Shown here one piece after another: positions 50,529 through 64,000 of a stretch of 64,000 nt of DNA. Made by a program: the position numbers and the translations under genes. The notes under the pieces were generated by a model. That model saw only the letters and a list, made by a program, of their open reading frames with translations. It was not told the DNA's origin and made no database searches. Positions within the stretch are counted from its first letter, which is position 1, and each line of letters begins with the position of its first letter. Source of the stretch: Marsupella aquatica (lineage: Eukaryota; Plantae; Marchantiophyta); NCBI GenBank assembly GCA_973895155.1, contig OZ316896.1, positions 9,931,525 through 9,995,524 of the forward strand, in the 5' to 3' direction.

Positions 50529-53500
50529 AAACCCCCCAAAACTTCTTTGAAGTTTGCACTGAAATTGCAAGGCAAGAATTTTTTGAAAATATATCAATTA
50601 AAAAGGCGTCTATCAGTGAGTATTGTACACAGCAGGCACATCAAACTGAATATTTAAATTTTTTTGTATGGCTGCTACAAAGCCACTACTCTTCATTGTT
50701 GATCATCCGCAATCTTCATTGGAATGACTTGGAGTGAAAAGAATTTTTTTTAAGTTCTTTTTCTCAATTATTTCTAGCAATTCTGCCTGCTGCATGTCTC
50801 AATTTTAATGTTCCAGACTTTTGGATTCTGACCCTTCTAAAGGGTCTCTCTAGCTAATATTCTGCACTTCTGGATTTTGCACTTAGAGAGAGATGCATGT
50901 ATTAGTGTTGGGTGGGTATACTATTGGCAAGGTATAGCATCCAGGTAAAGCTAGGTATTAAATTTTGATATATCTTGTGTAATACCTTACCTGGCAGGTA
51001 TCCTCTCTTCCTATATCCACCTATATACCCGACCTGGAAAATCTATACCTATATTAATACCTATACATTCCATGCATGTCTAGAGGGAGGTATACGCCAG
51101 GTATTGAATTATGAAAAAATACTAAAAGTAGGTGTAAGGGTTTGGGGAAGGAGTACTTGAGGAGGTGCCTCTCTCTCTCTATCACATTATTTATCACAAA
51201 AAAGACAAAAACTTATATGGTATAGGTGTTAGTAAGGGTTTTAGGAGGTTGTAGGGGAGGTGCCTCCCTCCCTAGGCTAGCTTGGGAGTGTACAAAAGTG
51301 CAGTTTTTGGCTAGATAGTTCCTTGAAATTCCTCGCTCCCACTTGAATGCAAGCCACATTGAATGCAAGCACACATTCTCAATTTCTGGTGTGTTGACAT
51401 ACCTTCAACGACATAGGCTTGGGTTGGAAAATCTTGAGATGTTGTGATGATCTTCAAGAATTGGCCAGACGATTGTAAGGTGGACATGTACAATCTTGGA
51501 GAGTACTGGTGACATTGGTGACAGAAGGCGATATCATTATTTGATGCTGCCAAGGATGAGTTGGTTGATGCGGGATTGCTGGAGGATGAGCATTGACTAG
51601 CACTTATTATTTGTTATGGAGGTTGTCCCTAAAGTCAAAGCATAGTTGTATCACCAAGTGTTATATGCATATTGTGCACGTTAAAGGTGACTATGTTTTT
51701 ATTTATTTATAATTTTAGGCCCAACTACTTGTTCTTTGAACGTGAATAGCAGGGAGGACAATAAAATTGTCACCAAATATATTTCTTCTCCACATTTCTT
51801 TAAGGTTAAAGAAATGATAAACAAACCACCATGCATGTCATTTTAATAATCATGCATACATACTCGTTTCTAGGGACATTGATCCCTCTTTCTATGCACA
51901 TATTTTCTATGCACATATGTTATGGTGGGGCTATCTTGGAACTCATTTTTAATATAAATAGAAATCATGATAAAATGCATGTATAATTATCATTTGTTAT
52001 ACATCATTCATAGTCATGATTTTCACATCGACATGATGAGACATGGAGTTACGGTCTAGAGGCTTTACTCTAGAAGCTAGGCCGCAAGTCTAGCTTATAG
52101 TTGGCTCTTTATAAGTAAAAATATTTGAGTAACTTGATTTTCAATTTCTGCTAAGTAAGTATTATGAGTCTTAGTTTGCTATACCTTTACCTATACCCTT
52201 AATACCCCAGTGCCTGTCCTAAATTCTATACCTATACCAGGTCTACAATCTGAGAATTTGTTTTCTTACATATCTCTATATCTTGAAAACATTTGGGAAC
52301 CTTACATTAATATCAGTTCAATACCATACCTTGCCAGCTAGGGATGTAAGCTACACCTTTACCTGCCGGGTATAAGGCTTGGTATAAGGAAAACCGAGAT
52401 ATATGCTTAGTAGACCCCCTTTGAGAACAAGTTTGCTAAATGAACCCCCTCTAATTTTTCTCCAATCTGGACGGTTGATGGACCTTTCGATCTCAGATCT
52501 GGACTGTTGATGGACCTCAGGGGGTCAATCAAGTAACAAGTTTCATTTTGGGGGTTGATCAAGCAAATACCTCAAGGAAAACCCTATTCCTGCAGGCCGA
52601 CTGTACCACCTGATGAGGTGGCCCTAAACTTTGGCCAAAACTGCACTCTCCACTCTTTTGTAAAAGAGTGGAAAGCTATAAGTGAACCCCACCTCCGGGT
52701 GGCATCTGTGTCAGACAATTATTTGTGTCAAAAATAATGAACACATTGAAGTCCTTACACTTGCTTACACCTGGCCGGGCCCACTCATCTGGTCTACCAT
52801 TTGACACATAGTCTGGTCCATGCTCTGTTTCCCTCATGCTTATTATTATTTCAATAGTAGGGTGGGCAGCAGCCCCGGCATCAGCCTCCCTAATTACAAG
52901 GGCTGCATTGATTAGGGTCAAAGTTGCCTCTTTCCTCGTTCTCCATTAGAGCAATCAAAACTACAAAGAGAAAAATCATGAAGGGCATTAACAATAAGAT
53001 AAGGCTGGTCCTGATTAGAAGGCATTCTGGAATATTATACCCCCAATCGGAGGGCTTTAGCCCAAGTTTGTAGGGAAGTTACGGCCCACAATGTGGGTAT
53101 CCAGAATGTCAACTTAAAAACTTGAGTGACTTTTGGAAAAAACCCAAAAAAAGTAAACTCCCTGAACTTAAGGTCATTTAATTGTAAAGAAATAAGAAGT
53201 AAAGCCAGGATTTTAGGCCAATTTTTGTCTTAAATGGTAAAACTGTTTGTAATTCGAGTTACATGTGCCTAGATTGATGGATCAGTGCATAATTTTCTCC
53301 TCGGAGGAAGGCGTGTATTGTAGAAAACTAGCCTGTCTGATTGTAACCCCTTCCTTGAACGTAAATAGGGAGGAGGAGCAAAGAAAGGGATCCACACAAT
53401 GCCATGTAGGATGGTAAACTTGTATCATACCAGCTGGATTACCTGTTCCTTGAACATAATTAGAGATGAGATGAGATGAGATGAGAAAAAAATTGCCTTA

Positions 53501-54795
53501 CAGAAAACACCATTCCATGCTAGTTACTGTTCATCTTTAACTGCCCCCATCCATGTTTTTTCTTTATCTGGTTTCACTTTCACTTCCATGTATGCCCTCA
53601 GTTAAAGTCAAGGCCTGCAGGCTTCACTCTAGACAGTATACTTGGAGAATAGCCTAAGATGGCATGTTAATTAGTTAGAGAAATGGTATCAAAAGCACAA
53701 ATCTAAAACCCAAGAGCTTCAAAATACAAACAATTTAAAACTCATGAAAAGTCTTAACTCATACACTAACCCCTAAGAGTACATTGTTAGACTTAACCCC
53801 CAGCAAACAGTCCAGGGCTTTACTTCAAGTTTTGAGGGGCTATTATTGCTGGTAATGCTCTCTTAAGAGTAGCTTGGTTCACCTAAAAGCCTAAGCAATT
53901 TACTATTAAAACTACTTTCACTACATGCAAGTATAGTAAAAGATAGGAGAATTTGACAAGGCCCCTTAAAAATTTGGACAGTTCCTTTTCCATAAAATAC
54001 TGTAAACACAAAGACAACACTCACAAAATCAGTAAATTCAAAGAAGCAGGGACAGCTGTTCTCAAAGCAGGGCCAGCCCCTTGCCGCATGTCCTTAATGC
54101 CTTGATTTTGCATTTTCTCTTTGTAATTTTCACGGCATTTATGAAGAAGAATCCACAGCCAAATATGAATTTGCTCATCATGATAATTCTCCCTTACTCT
54201 TATTAAATTAGGACAAACACAAATCTCTTAGGCCTTTAAGTATCTAGTTCAATGGTGTTGGCAAGGCCTTGTGTCCCATAAAGCCCCCCAAAATAAGAGC
54301 CATGGCTCTAGTTTTGATCGAGGGGCTATTATTGCCCATAGTGGGGATATTATACACTTATAGGCCTATGAGATTTTTATTTCTCATAATGTTAGTAAAT
54401 GTAGAGGAGAATCTTCCCAATGAGCTTATCCAAACCTTTACATGTGCATTTTTCTCTCGAAATCCCCAAAAACTTACACAGGAAAAACTCACCCAAGTTA
54501 TAAGTTATTGCACTCAAGGCACTCAGCACTTTACTATACTTCGGTAGTCAAATACCCCTTCTTTGAACTCAAATATAGATGAGGACAAAAAAACTGAAAA
54601 GCTGCCCAACCTTGACCAAGTAACTTCCCTAAATAGCTGGTATGGGCATCTGACACCTGACGATTGAAATCTTCAAAACCTAGCAACAAAACCCAGTAAG
54701 GAATTGAGTACTGTATAATCTTTTCCTTACACAGATCCACTAACCAAAAAACCCCATTCTTCAAAAACCCAATAGCACCAGTGCGTGGGTTTGAC

Positions 54796-55071
54796 ATTTT
54801 GCATTTTCTTTACTAGGTTTAGTCATTGACTTTTTGCATTTTCTTTACTAGGTTTAGTCAACACCTTCTTAGAGGTGACAAATCCAGGCTGGGTTGGAGA
54901 TGCTCTACTGTAGTGCCTTTGGATGCCAAATAATAATTGATTTGCAGATGCTATAATGTCCATCTTTGGATATCAATAATTGGTTGGGAAATGCTCTAAT
55001 GTCCAAGCTTTCGACATCAATAATTGGTTTGGAAATGCTCTCATGTCCAAGCTTTAGACATCAATAATTGG
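54796..55071 (+). repeat. Two short tandem repeats (about 36 bp x2; about 41-45 bp x3-4)
   Basis: ttttgcattttctttactaggtttagtca x2; caataattggtt...aaatgctct...tgtccaagcttt repeated. Confidence 0.7.
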
Positions 55072-57166
55072 TGAGCACAGAAAGGAGCTCATTTCATTTC
55101 TCATCCCCATTGATGGTATGTATTTGTTACTCTTGGCTCGAGTCACGATCCAGAGTCTTCACTCTAGACAATAGCCTTTATTGAATCTGGAATCGAGAAT
55201 TGATAGATAGATACATAGGCGATAGAGCGATACAAAGTTGAAGATAGAGAGATTCAAAGAGAGATTCTTGTTGCGTAGTCACACTTCTCCACCACGTCGT
55301 TGGAGTTGAGCCTCAGATGGCGTCAATTGGGCTGCACTCCCTTGTATATTATATTATTACTTCAACCTGCTCGCCCGCCACCACTGACTAGATTCAACTT
55401 ATCGTCTGGATGCTAGTGGGGGCCAGCATTCACGGGCAGGTCTCGCATCGTGACCATGAATTCTCTCATTGAACCCATCTGCCTTTTTTTAGTGGCAGGT
55501 CTGGTTTGAGAGTCAACTTCAGAAGCGTTCAAAACCACAATGGAAAGTCAAACTTCAGACAGAATGACAGACCGTGTGGAGGAGTGATAACTATCCTGTA
55601 CATAGGGAAGTGATCCCACATGAGAAGACAACATTTGAGAATCTTCAAATCTGGCTTGATCTGCTTCCGCGAAATTACAGTTTCGCTGGTTGAAGCTTGA
55701 TGAAGGTCCAGAGCACGGTCAACAGAGAGGTAAGCCAGGAACATGTAACATGTTGGGAGGTCACAAGTTGGGCCTCAAGTAACATCGTTAGCAGTCAAAT
55801 TCCTTGTGAGTGGGCGCTACTGTAACAACGAATCGTTCTGTTGAAGAGGACTTTTTGTTCGTGACCGTGTGTTCGTTTTTTGCCTTGAAAAATCTTTTTG
55901 AAGACTGTGTTCGTTCTCCTTTTGCTGCAAGTCAACCACCTGCCGATAGCGTCAAAGCTCTAGCTGGGGACTTTTTAATTATAATTAACAGTCTTGAGTC
56001 CTTTTTTGGGTTACTGGTTTTTTCTTCGCTCGTTTTGACAACAGCAGCCCCGTTTGCGTGGCTGGTGCTTTCCAGGTAATGCGGGGCGTCAACTGTTCCA
56101 AACTTTCAGCTGATGAACTGCTTTCCGATCGAAATTCATTTGTTCGATCAAGCGTGTCCGTTGCCAAGTTGTGGAACCCAGATCATGTCGATCTACTAGG
56201 ATCGGATCGATGCCGTGAGCAGTCAGCACCGTCTCTCCAGGGGAAAGAGGGAATCTCGGGAAGCTAAAGATTGATGGCACTGGTTTAATTTGAGCGCTCC
56301 CAACATTTAACTATTGTACTGCAGAGTTTGCACTCTCATCAGCTGCACCATTGCAAACCAACTGTTGCAGGAGAAGAGAATCAGCACGGGCGGTGCAGTA
56401 GAAGCTGGCCTTCCTCAGCTAACATAGCTTCCGAGTATGGACAATTGCACATTGTTTGGCAGTGAATGATTTCGTAGAGGCCAATAGGTGGAGGTACGAG
56501 GCAGGGAGGGTCATGGGATGATGCACTTCACGTTTTGGTTCGAGTAATCTCGAGCGCAGACACAGTGAAGAGCTTTTCATAGACTATGGCAGCGGGGGAT
56601 ACCGAGGCAGGGTGATGAGATACATAATTTCAAAGCTTGTTCGGTTTGCTGCGAGCGGGTTGAGCAGGGAAGGTCGCCAGCTTTTACGCTAGGAGGGATC
56701 TAGGGTTTTCAATCCCATCGCTACTCTTTTGACCAGTGTAATTGGGCTGGATCATGGAGACGTGGAGTTCTCGGGCAAGGATTTCCTCCAAAGAAGAGAT
56801 TTCCATTGGAAGCAGGATCAGGATGATGGGATCTGGAGTATTGAACGTAATCGTTGCACAAGCGAACGGAGCAGACGGAGCCAAGGAATTGTGCTGTGCT
56901 TCATCGTTTGAGGCCTCCTGAATGTTGCAGGGCGAAAGGGCCCATGGTCTGTCTGGTGACGTGCGGATGCATGCTTTGGGTCTTACGGAAACTTGAATAC
57001 CTTCGGTGAGCTGCTGACGGACTTAATGGCAGCTCTTCGATTCGTACTAGAGGACAGCGGTGGGAACGCTCCTGACAATGGCCACTGGTACGAAATTTTC
57101 GGTGGGATAATTTTCAGGGTGGTGAAGGGTGAGTGAACATGTTAGAGGAGCGAGTGGAACGAAATC

Positions 57167-60100
57167 ATGCAGTATCGGGAGGCCTTCGTGGTTTTACTGA
57201 TATTATTTAGCATGCTTGGGTCCCTCCATGGAGACAACAGCTCCGATTTCTTACGAACGATACAGGATGAAGTGAGAACAATTGCTATGGGAGCACAAGA
57301 CAACTATGCCAATACTTGCGGTAGATAATTAATCTTACCTTGACTGCTCGCTCATTCTCGATTGTGACTAGAATGATTGGACCTCGCAAGTTTGTTCTCG
57401 TTAGCGATTTTTGTGTTGTTAGCATCTTCTCAGCCCTGACTTAATTGCTAGATGCAAAATCAATCATCGACGGGTACGTAGAGCTAATGGATCTGGGATG
57501 ACTGATGACCGTGTCCACTGCTTTTACAGAACTCGTGAGCACATGCCTCTCATCGCAAAATTGTTCAAGATTGGAATGCTATCCGCTTGAAAATCAGAGC
57601 AGCGAGACAATGTGTGTATACGTTAACTATAACAAGTTGTGTAACACGACAGGAGCACCTTGCAACAGTACTATCGCGGCTAATTTCCTTAAAGGTTACG
57701 TCAGGTGAGTTGCCCACATTAAGTGGAGCAGATCGCGCTTGAATTGGTTAAAAGCTCATCGGTATTCGACGTGAATCATATTGGATAGTATGTGTTTCAT
57801 TCTATGTTGAATAATTCCCAATGCGTGACCACAATGCGTGACCACAGCTCGAAAAGTTCAGGGGCATTGTTTCGTGAACCCAGGAAGAGACTCTTCAAGA
57901 GAGCAATCCCGCAGACGCTGACCGATGAATGCTGAAAACTACACGCTCCATGTCTGCAGGACTCCACCGCTTGGCTTCTCAGCGCAAGAACGAGAAATAT
58001 ACTTAGGAAATACGATCTGTACCCAACGAAATCTTGACCACACATTCGTCAGAGTGAATAACACGCTAAGAAGCAACTCTAGCGTTAATTACTTCTACCA
58101 GCTCTATTTCGGTGCTGTCGACGGCTCATTTCGCTACTATCCTGGAAGAGTAAGTTTACTTAATGTTGCGCGGGCCATCTATAGAGTCGTACGTATTAAT
58201 TGTAAGAAAGTTTTTAGATGTGAGCTTTTCGACACGGATGTTACTAGTTGTCGTGTCTTGACGTGTCCGGCCTGATCGACAGCTCATTGCTTTGTCAGGA
58301 ACTTCTCAGCGCCGATTGTGGCCAGTATGACCCTCGAATACGACCATGGTAGTTAGCTCTGAACCTTTGAATTGCTTATGTACTCGAATGTACTAGTATG
58401 TGTTAATGTCGTTAGAATACTCTAATGTAGCCCTGTTGAATTCTGTTCTAGACAATATATGGTTACTTATTTTCTCTTGAACTTGTACGAGAAAGCTCGA
58501 TTTCATAGCTTATATCCTTTCATGCATTATGCAGGTACATTGGAGCTATATCCGTTCTCAAAGACGTGGTTGTGCTAATTGATACTGGGACGGCTATGCA
58601 ACAATATGTTAATTTTCTAGATACCACGACGTCATTGCTTCAAACAACCACATCGATGATGAGGTTGTTTGTGCAAACTCTCGCGTCAGGAGACCGAGTT
58701 ACAGTACTGCCAGTCAACGGGTCTGGCAGTTATCCAGGACAGAGCCAATATTATCAGGTAATTTGATAACTGCTTACAGAATGTAGCACATTATTTAGAA
58801 ACCCTGTTTCCTTTGTATTAGAGGTTATCTTTATAAAAATTGGAAAGCCGCGTACACCTGGAACTCGAGCGTTTAACATGAAAATTGCCTGCTACTTTGT
58901 GCCCAATTTCCAGTATAATGTTCCAGCCAACCTGGCTCTGGATCCCACGGTCCCTGCTTTCCAAGGACTGCTCTCCTATATAAGCGGTTCAACATTCTCT
59001 GGAACCGGAGCGAACGGCAATGGGACACCGACCAACTTCACAGACGGATTCCTCAAGGCTAATTCTACCTTCAGCAACTCCTCACCCACTAACTCCATGA
59101 AGGTGCAGAGCTTACACTCATATTGTGGATTGGTGGTGAAACAAAATTTCTGTAGCTGTCAATCCTTTTCATACCATTAGTTTGATTTTGAGAGGTCATT
59201 TGAGGAATGATTTTATGAGCGCGCTCTTGTTGCAAGGCAATCAATGTACTTTCGTTTTAAGATTTAGGAACCTGCCGATTCTTCTACGTGCAGATTGTAA
59301 TTCTCATCACGAATAGCAAGAGCAATAATATTCCTCACCGCGGTGATCGCTCTGCAGCGGATGCGCTGAAGAAAATAGGGTCGCAGTTGTTTGTGTACGA
59401 CTTGAGTCCTGGTGCAACGTTTTGGGGCACATATGCTTGTCTAGACGGGGAAATGCAGAGCTTCTTTTCTGTCAATCCTCTGCTCTTCATGAGTTCATAT
59501 TTCAGCTTTTTGGCTAGCGCTCGTGTTGCAGCCAATAGTGGCAAAGCCATGCCCTTCTGGCAGAACCCTTACAACGATGCCAGTGAGCTTGGGCAGGTCA
59601 TCACGGTTGCGTATCCTGGTATGCTCCAAGTTGAAACTCTTTCGAAACATATGTCCATTCCTATTTGAACTTTTGAAGTACCTCATGGGATGGTATCCTT
59701 TTGACAATAGTAGCTTAATTAAATAAATGTGGCGCTTTCCATCCTCTCGAAGTAACGGTTTGCAACTTGATTGACCTTTTCAGCAATTTCTTCCGACGGA
59801 CAGTTGATTGGGGTGGCTGGAATCGATGTTCAGATGGCTGGACTTGAGAGCAATCCGCTTTTCGAATCAGGCGTTGAAAGATTGTTGGCCAACAGTGCCT
59901 CTCGCTTCATTTCTCAAAATCCGAATGCAAGCGATATTGCGATATGCCAGACGGTCAGCCTTCATCTCCCTTTCTTTCAAGTTTTGTCTATTTTGACTCC
60001 ATTGTTAGTGCCCTCACCCACCTCCTTCTCCTCAGTTTCCCTTTTGTTTTGAGTTGGTGATATCTTTGGCTGGCTATCTAGTGTCTGACTTTCCAAAACT

Positions 60101-63100
60101 ACACAACAAATGCCACCGAAATGCAGGACCATTTGGAAATTCAGGAAATAGTTAAGGTTTTTTATGGTAAGTCATACTAAAAATCCAATTTGAAAAGAAT
60201 TCAAAGCCCAGACAAAGCAAGGGCTTTTGTTCTGCTGATCCTCATGGACTGGGTCAAATGAGCCAACCAGGCTACACCAGAAAGAAAAATTGTGACCCAT
60301 TGCTTTAGAATGGTGCTTCACTTTTGTGAAGCAGTCCCAGGTAGTTTTTCTTTGTGTCCCAATTAATTTATTTATATGCTGTTGGTTTTTGGCAGACTTG
60401 TGTTGAAGACTTGTGAATTCATTAGTACATCTTTTGGATCTCTGTTTAATCTCAAAGTTTTCCAGCATGCTCTTTGATATCCAATCTATTCTATATGATC
60501 AAATATATATACCAATAAGCCAACTACCCACAAAAGTTTCACTTTTGTGAAGGACTTCCCTTCCTAAGTAGTTTGGGCATGAGCAACAAGCTACCACTTT
60601 TGGAAAAGACACTTCACTTGTGTGAGGACCCCCTGAATAGTTTGGAGATGAACAGTTAATTACCACACCACCGGGTAAATTAATCAAAACCAGCTGCAAA
60701 CGATAAGGAGCCGATTTAATTTACAGGTCACATTTCAGTCAAAAAGCATAAACGATGCCACCTGAGTCTTTGAGATGTTCTGTGCTAGTCCATATTAGCT
60801 TTGGATATCCATCCAGCCCTAACAGCAAACCCCTTGGTTCATTCTACCTTTATTTACGTTCACGTCTACATTGGTTCATCCTACCTTTATTTACATTCAC
60901 GTTTACATTGTAAACACTACGATAAAACTAGGGCTTTCTGTATCAAGTCTTGGAATAGGAAAATAGATAAGAATAAGAATGACAAAAAGAATTTTTTCTT
61001 TTGATATTGTAGAGCAGGAGAGGGGGCTCCATATAGTGAGACCCACAAGTGAAATGAATGCATGACTGATCATTTTTTTTCTTTGGTATCAATGGTCATT
61101 CATGCTTTTATTATCGTTCTCATTTCCTTAGTGTCTCATTATCGGACTTGTAGGTTTGAATGGAGGATTTTTAATTCATAGCTGGACTAGATTTGCCACC
61201 TGAAGTTAATTACTGCTGTTGTTATGGGTGAACATCCTACATTTCCAGTATCATTGCGTGATTGGGCTCGTCACCTTGAAATTCCATTCATCTCTAAATT
61301 TTCCGACATAGGAGATCACTGAAGCTCAAGTAGATACAGTAGGGGCGTGGCGGGAATGCTCCCCTCCACACTCTACAACTTCCAGAATTCTTCAACTACA
61401 GATCTCTCCTCTCGAGAGCAGCAATGAGCTTGCCTTGCGATTCTGTGCTTTGGCCAACAATTCATGGCTACATCTGTCTTGCAAGATAGGTGCTGAGAGT
61501 CATCCGTAGGGTCATATTGCTACTTTCAACCAGAAGCTAGTATTTGGGTGCGTGCTTAGGCAGGCCGAATCGGGTGCTGAATTCTGTTGTGATATTACAG
61601 CTTCTCATTAGTCTTCACGTGAAACCATCTCATTTTGATTGAAGGATTCCGGAAGCAAGCAGGTTAGCTTGAGGTCTCCCCGGCCTGCTCCTTTCTAGTC
61701 TACGGACTTCAACGATTAGTCGAAAGTTGTCAGCATTTGCCCCTATTCACTCTCTGCCCTTGGCCACCCTGGCAGTCAAGTATGCCGTCCTTGCAATCAT
61801 TTCAGACAACGAGATATAGGATGATTTTAAAATCTACGGGAGCGCATGGAATTTCAGTGCGTTTTATAATTGTTTGGAATTTTCTACTTGTGTGGATAGC
61901 CTGAGGGTGATGAATGATAGAGGACGTCCAATATAATGCGAGACTGGTTGGCTCGTTGTTTCTAATTGAGTCAGGATTAGTTGCAGTTGGATGATCATCA
62001 GTTCTGCATTCTGTGAAGATTGGCATCTTCAGTTCTGCATTCTGTGAAGATAGGCTAAAGACACTGCGTTGGTTGGTTTGCCTGCAGGCGTATAAGAGCA
62101 ATTGTTCGGGCGTTACACTAGGAAGTACTGCGTCGCTCTGCAATCCGACAGCGTCACCCGCATCAGACGAGCAATTGACAGCCTTGCTATGCTGTCAGTA
62201 CTGCCTTGGGGGTTCAAGTGATCACCTTTCCATAGTGGTGGGTGTAGTGGTGGGTGTAGCGGTCGGGCTGCTTGTGCTGGCGGTGTTGATTTTCCTACGG
62301 AGGAGGTTGAAGCCAAGACTGGCCAGAAGCATAAGGAAAGGGCTCGCGTTAAATGATTATTCTTATGATGTGCTCCGTAAAGCCACAAATGGTTTTGCTA
62401 CGAAGAACATCATTGGTAAAGGATCATTTGGGGTAGTATACAAAGCGGTTCTTGGAAGTGAAATGGTGGCGGTGAAGCAGTTGTCTAAACCAGCAGATCG
62501 AGCCAAAGATTTCGAAGCTGAGATCAAGATCCTTGGTCTTACGAGTCATTCCAATCTAGTTGAGCTGAAAGGGACGTGTTTCCGGCCCACTGAGTGCTTT
62601 CTGGTGTACGAATTGGTAGATAGCGGTGATCTGCATAGTTGGCTTTGGCCAGTAGAAAAGAAAAGCGATGCACGTGAGAGTGACAGTGAATGTCGGAGTC
62701 AGCGATTTTTGACTTGGAATAAGCGGAGAAAAATTGCCAGGGGAGTCGCCAGAGGACTGAATTATCTGCACCGTGGCCTGCAACCCAACGGGACGGTTTT
62801 TCATTTGGACATAAAACCCCGAAACATTCTGGTGGAGTACAACTTCAATCCCAAGATAGCAGACTTTGGCACTTCGCAACTCTACGAGCCGGGTTACACG
62901 TTCAAGGCAGCGTCCGTGGTTTGTGGGACGTTTGGGTACATCGCCCCCGAGGTCCTTCAAGGTCAAGTCAAGCCGAACTCCAAGCTAGACGTGTACAGTT
63001 ATGGAATGGTCTTGTTGCAGATCGTGAGTGGGCGGAAGATTAATGACCCTGAAGTGAAACCTTACTTGCTTCAGTGGGCGACAACTCACGTAGAAGATGG

Positions 63101-63701
63101 CTACGTCGAGAGGGTGGTGGATCCGAACCTGAGCCTCACAGTGCAGGAGGAGTATAGAGAGGCTCTGATGGCGAACTGTAAACAGTTGATCAACTTAGCA
63201 ATGCGCTGTCTTGCGACTAGACCAGAATTGAGGCCAGAGATGAGTGAAGTTTTGGAGACCATTGACGGTTTACGGGATGTACTTGACCTCGAAACGCCGA
63301 ATACCAGTGAAGAGGACAGATCAGGCCCTGCCGACCATGGAAAGTCTACAGATGTCAAGCTCAAAATGTCCAGGCCTACTGCCAGGCGCTTGATATCTTT
63401 CTCGGGAGAACGCGATGGATCCCAGGATCGATCTTTGAAACGTTTTAGTTCTGAATCTAAAGATGAAGTGAGAAGCATGGAGAGGAACTCTGAAATTGCA
63501 GCGTTAGCTATTTCACCAGCAGATGCTGGAAACAGGCGTGATTACCGTGAAAGTAGTACCAAAGGTAATCAAGATGGTCCTGGTTCTGATGGTGTTCGTA
63601 CATTATCTGTAGATTATTCCTCGCTCAAAAGTGTCCTGGAAGTGCCAAATACGCACATAGATCCGAAGTCCAGGAATTTACGGAGAAGTGCCTCGAGCTA
63701 G
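57167..63701 (+). CDS. alpha2-delta/CACHD1-like (dCache+VWA) receptor-like kinase, copy 3, 1029 aa, 9 exons
   Basis: Exons 57167-57320, 57530-57704, 57960-58149, 58299-58348, 58535-58757, 58914-59102, 59294-59618, 59784-59953, 62088-63701. Exon 7 is 12 nt shorter (in frame). Motifs YDPRIRPWY, WQNPYNDASELGQVITVAYP, GVAGIDV, HLDIKPRN; longer Ser-rich tail. Confidence 0.9.
60070..61049. mobile_element. About 1-kb insertion in intron 8 of RLK copy 3
   Basis: Absent from intron 8 of copies 1 and 2. The right end ctccatatagtgagacccacaag is the reverse complement of the 50234-family terminus. The left end and TSD were not resolved. Confidence 0.5.
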
Positions 63702-63867
63702 TACATAATCTTAGCACAAATTGTGCAGTTATAGCCGAAACATCACTGGGAATCCCCATGGCGTGTCCGGGAGGCCATTCGAGTCACATATATAGCAGAA
63801 TGGCAGCCGGCAAATGGGTTCTGGAGCTGTATTCCCTCCGAGATTCTCGCATGGTCGTAGGGGATGG

Positions 63868-63936
63868 CTCATCATGAACACGATGCTTCACATTGAGTGG
63901 GACTCATCATGAACACGATGCTTCACATTGAGTGGG
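63868..63936 (+). repeat. About 35-bp tandem duplication
   Basis: ctcatcatgaacacgatgcttcacattgagtggga x2. Confidence 0.85.
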
Positions 63937-64000
63937 AAATTGTAAAACACCGAAATTGAGCTCGTGATTGAAGCAAAGTACTCCGCATAAGGATGATGGT

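Noticed and set aside
50890-52620. Further MITE-like inverted repeats (also about 8620-8890 and 21770-22480)
   Set aside because: Probably TE debris, but matching termini and TSDs could not be established.
55529-56280. Minus-strand Ser-rich ORF fragments upstream of copy 3
   Set aside because: Multiple stops and frameshifts and no recognisable motif; cannot support a gene call.

Overview
Eukaryotic, intron-rich plant genomic DNA, most likely from a non-flowering land plant (inferred from TE content and gene architecture). The only clear host genes are three tandem, same-strand, 9-exon paralogues (11611-16782, 42981-48404, 57167-63701). Each splices without frameshift into a receptor-like kinase of about 1000 aa: signal peptide, Cys-rich segment, dCache domain split by an inserted VWA domain (the arrangement of animal calcium-channel alpha2-delta/CACHD1 proteins, including the YDPRxRxWY...Y/H...D amino-acid-sensor motif), one TM helix and a non-RD Pelle/RLK kinase. 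The predicted ligand-pocket residues differ between copies while the kinase is nearly constant. The rest is nested transposon sequence. It includes a 5'-truncated CRE-type RLE LINE, a tRNA-derived SINE and a MULE-like MITE. A Gypsy remnant is interrupted by a 10.7-kb P-element-like transposon and a near-intact PIF/Harbinger element, and there are several MITEs with 8-bp TSDs, three of them nested. All calls come from reading the sequence; no database searches were run.
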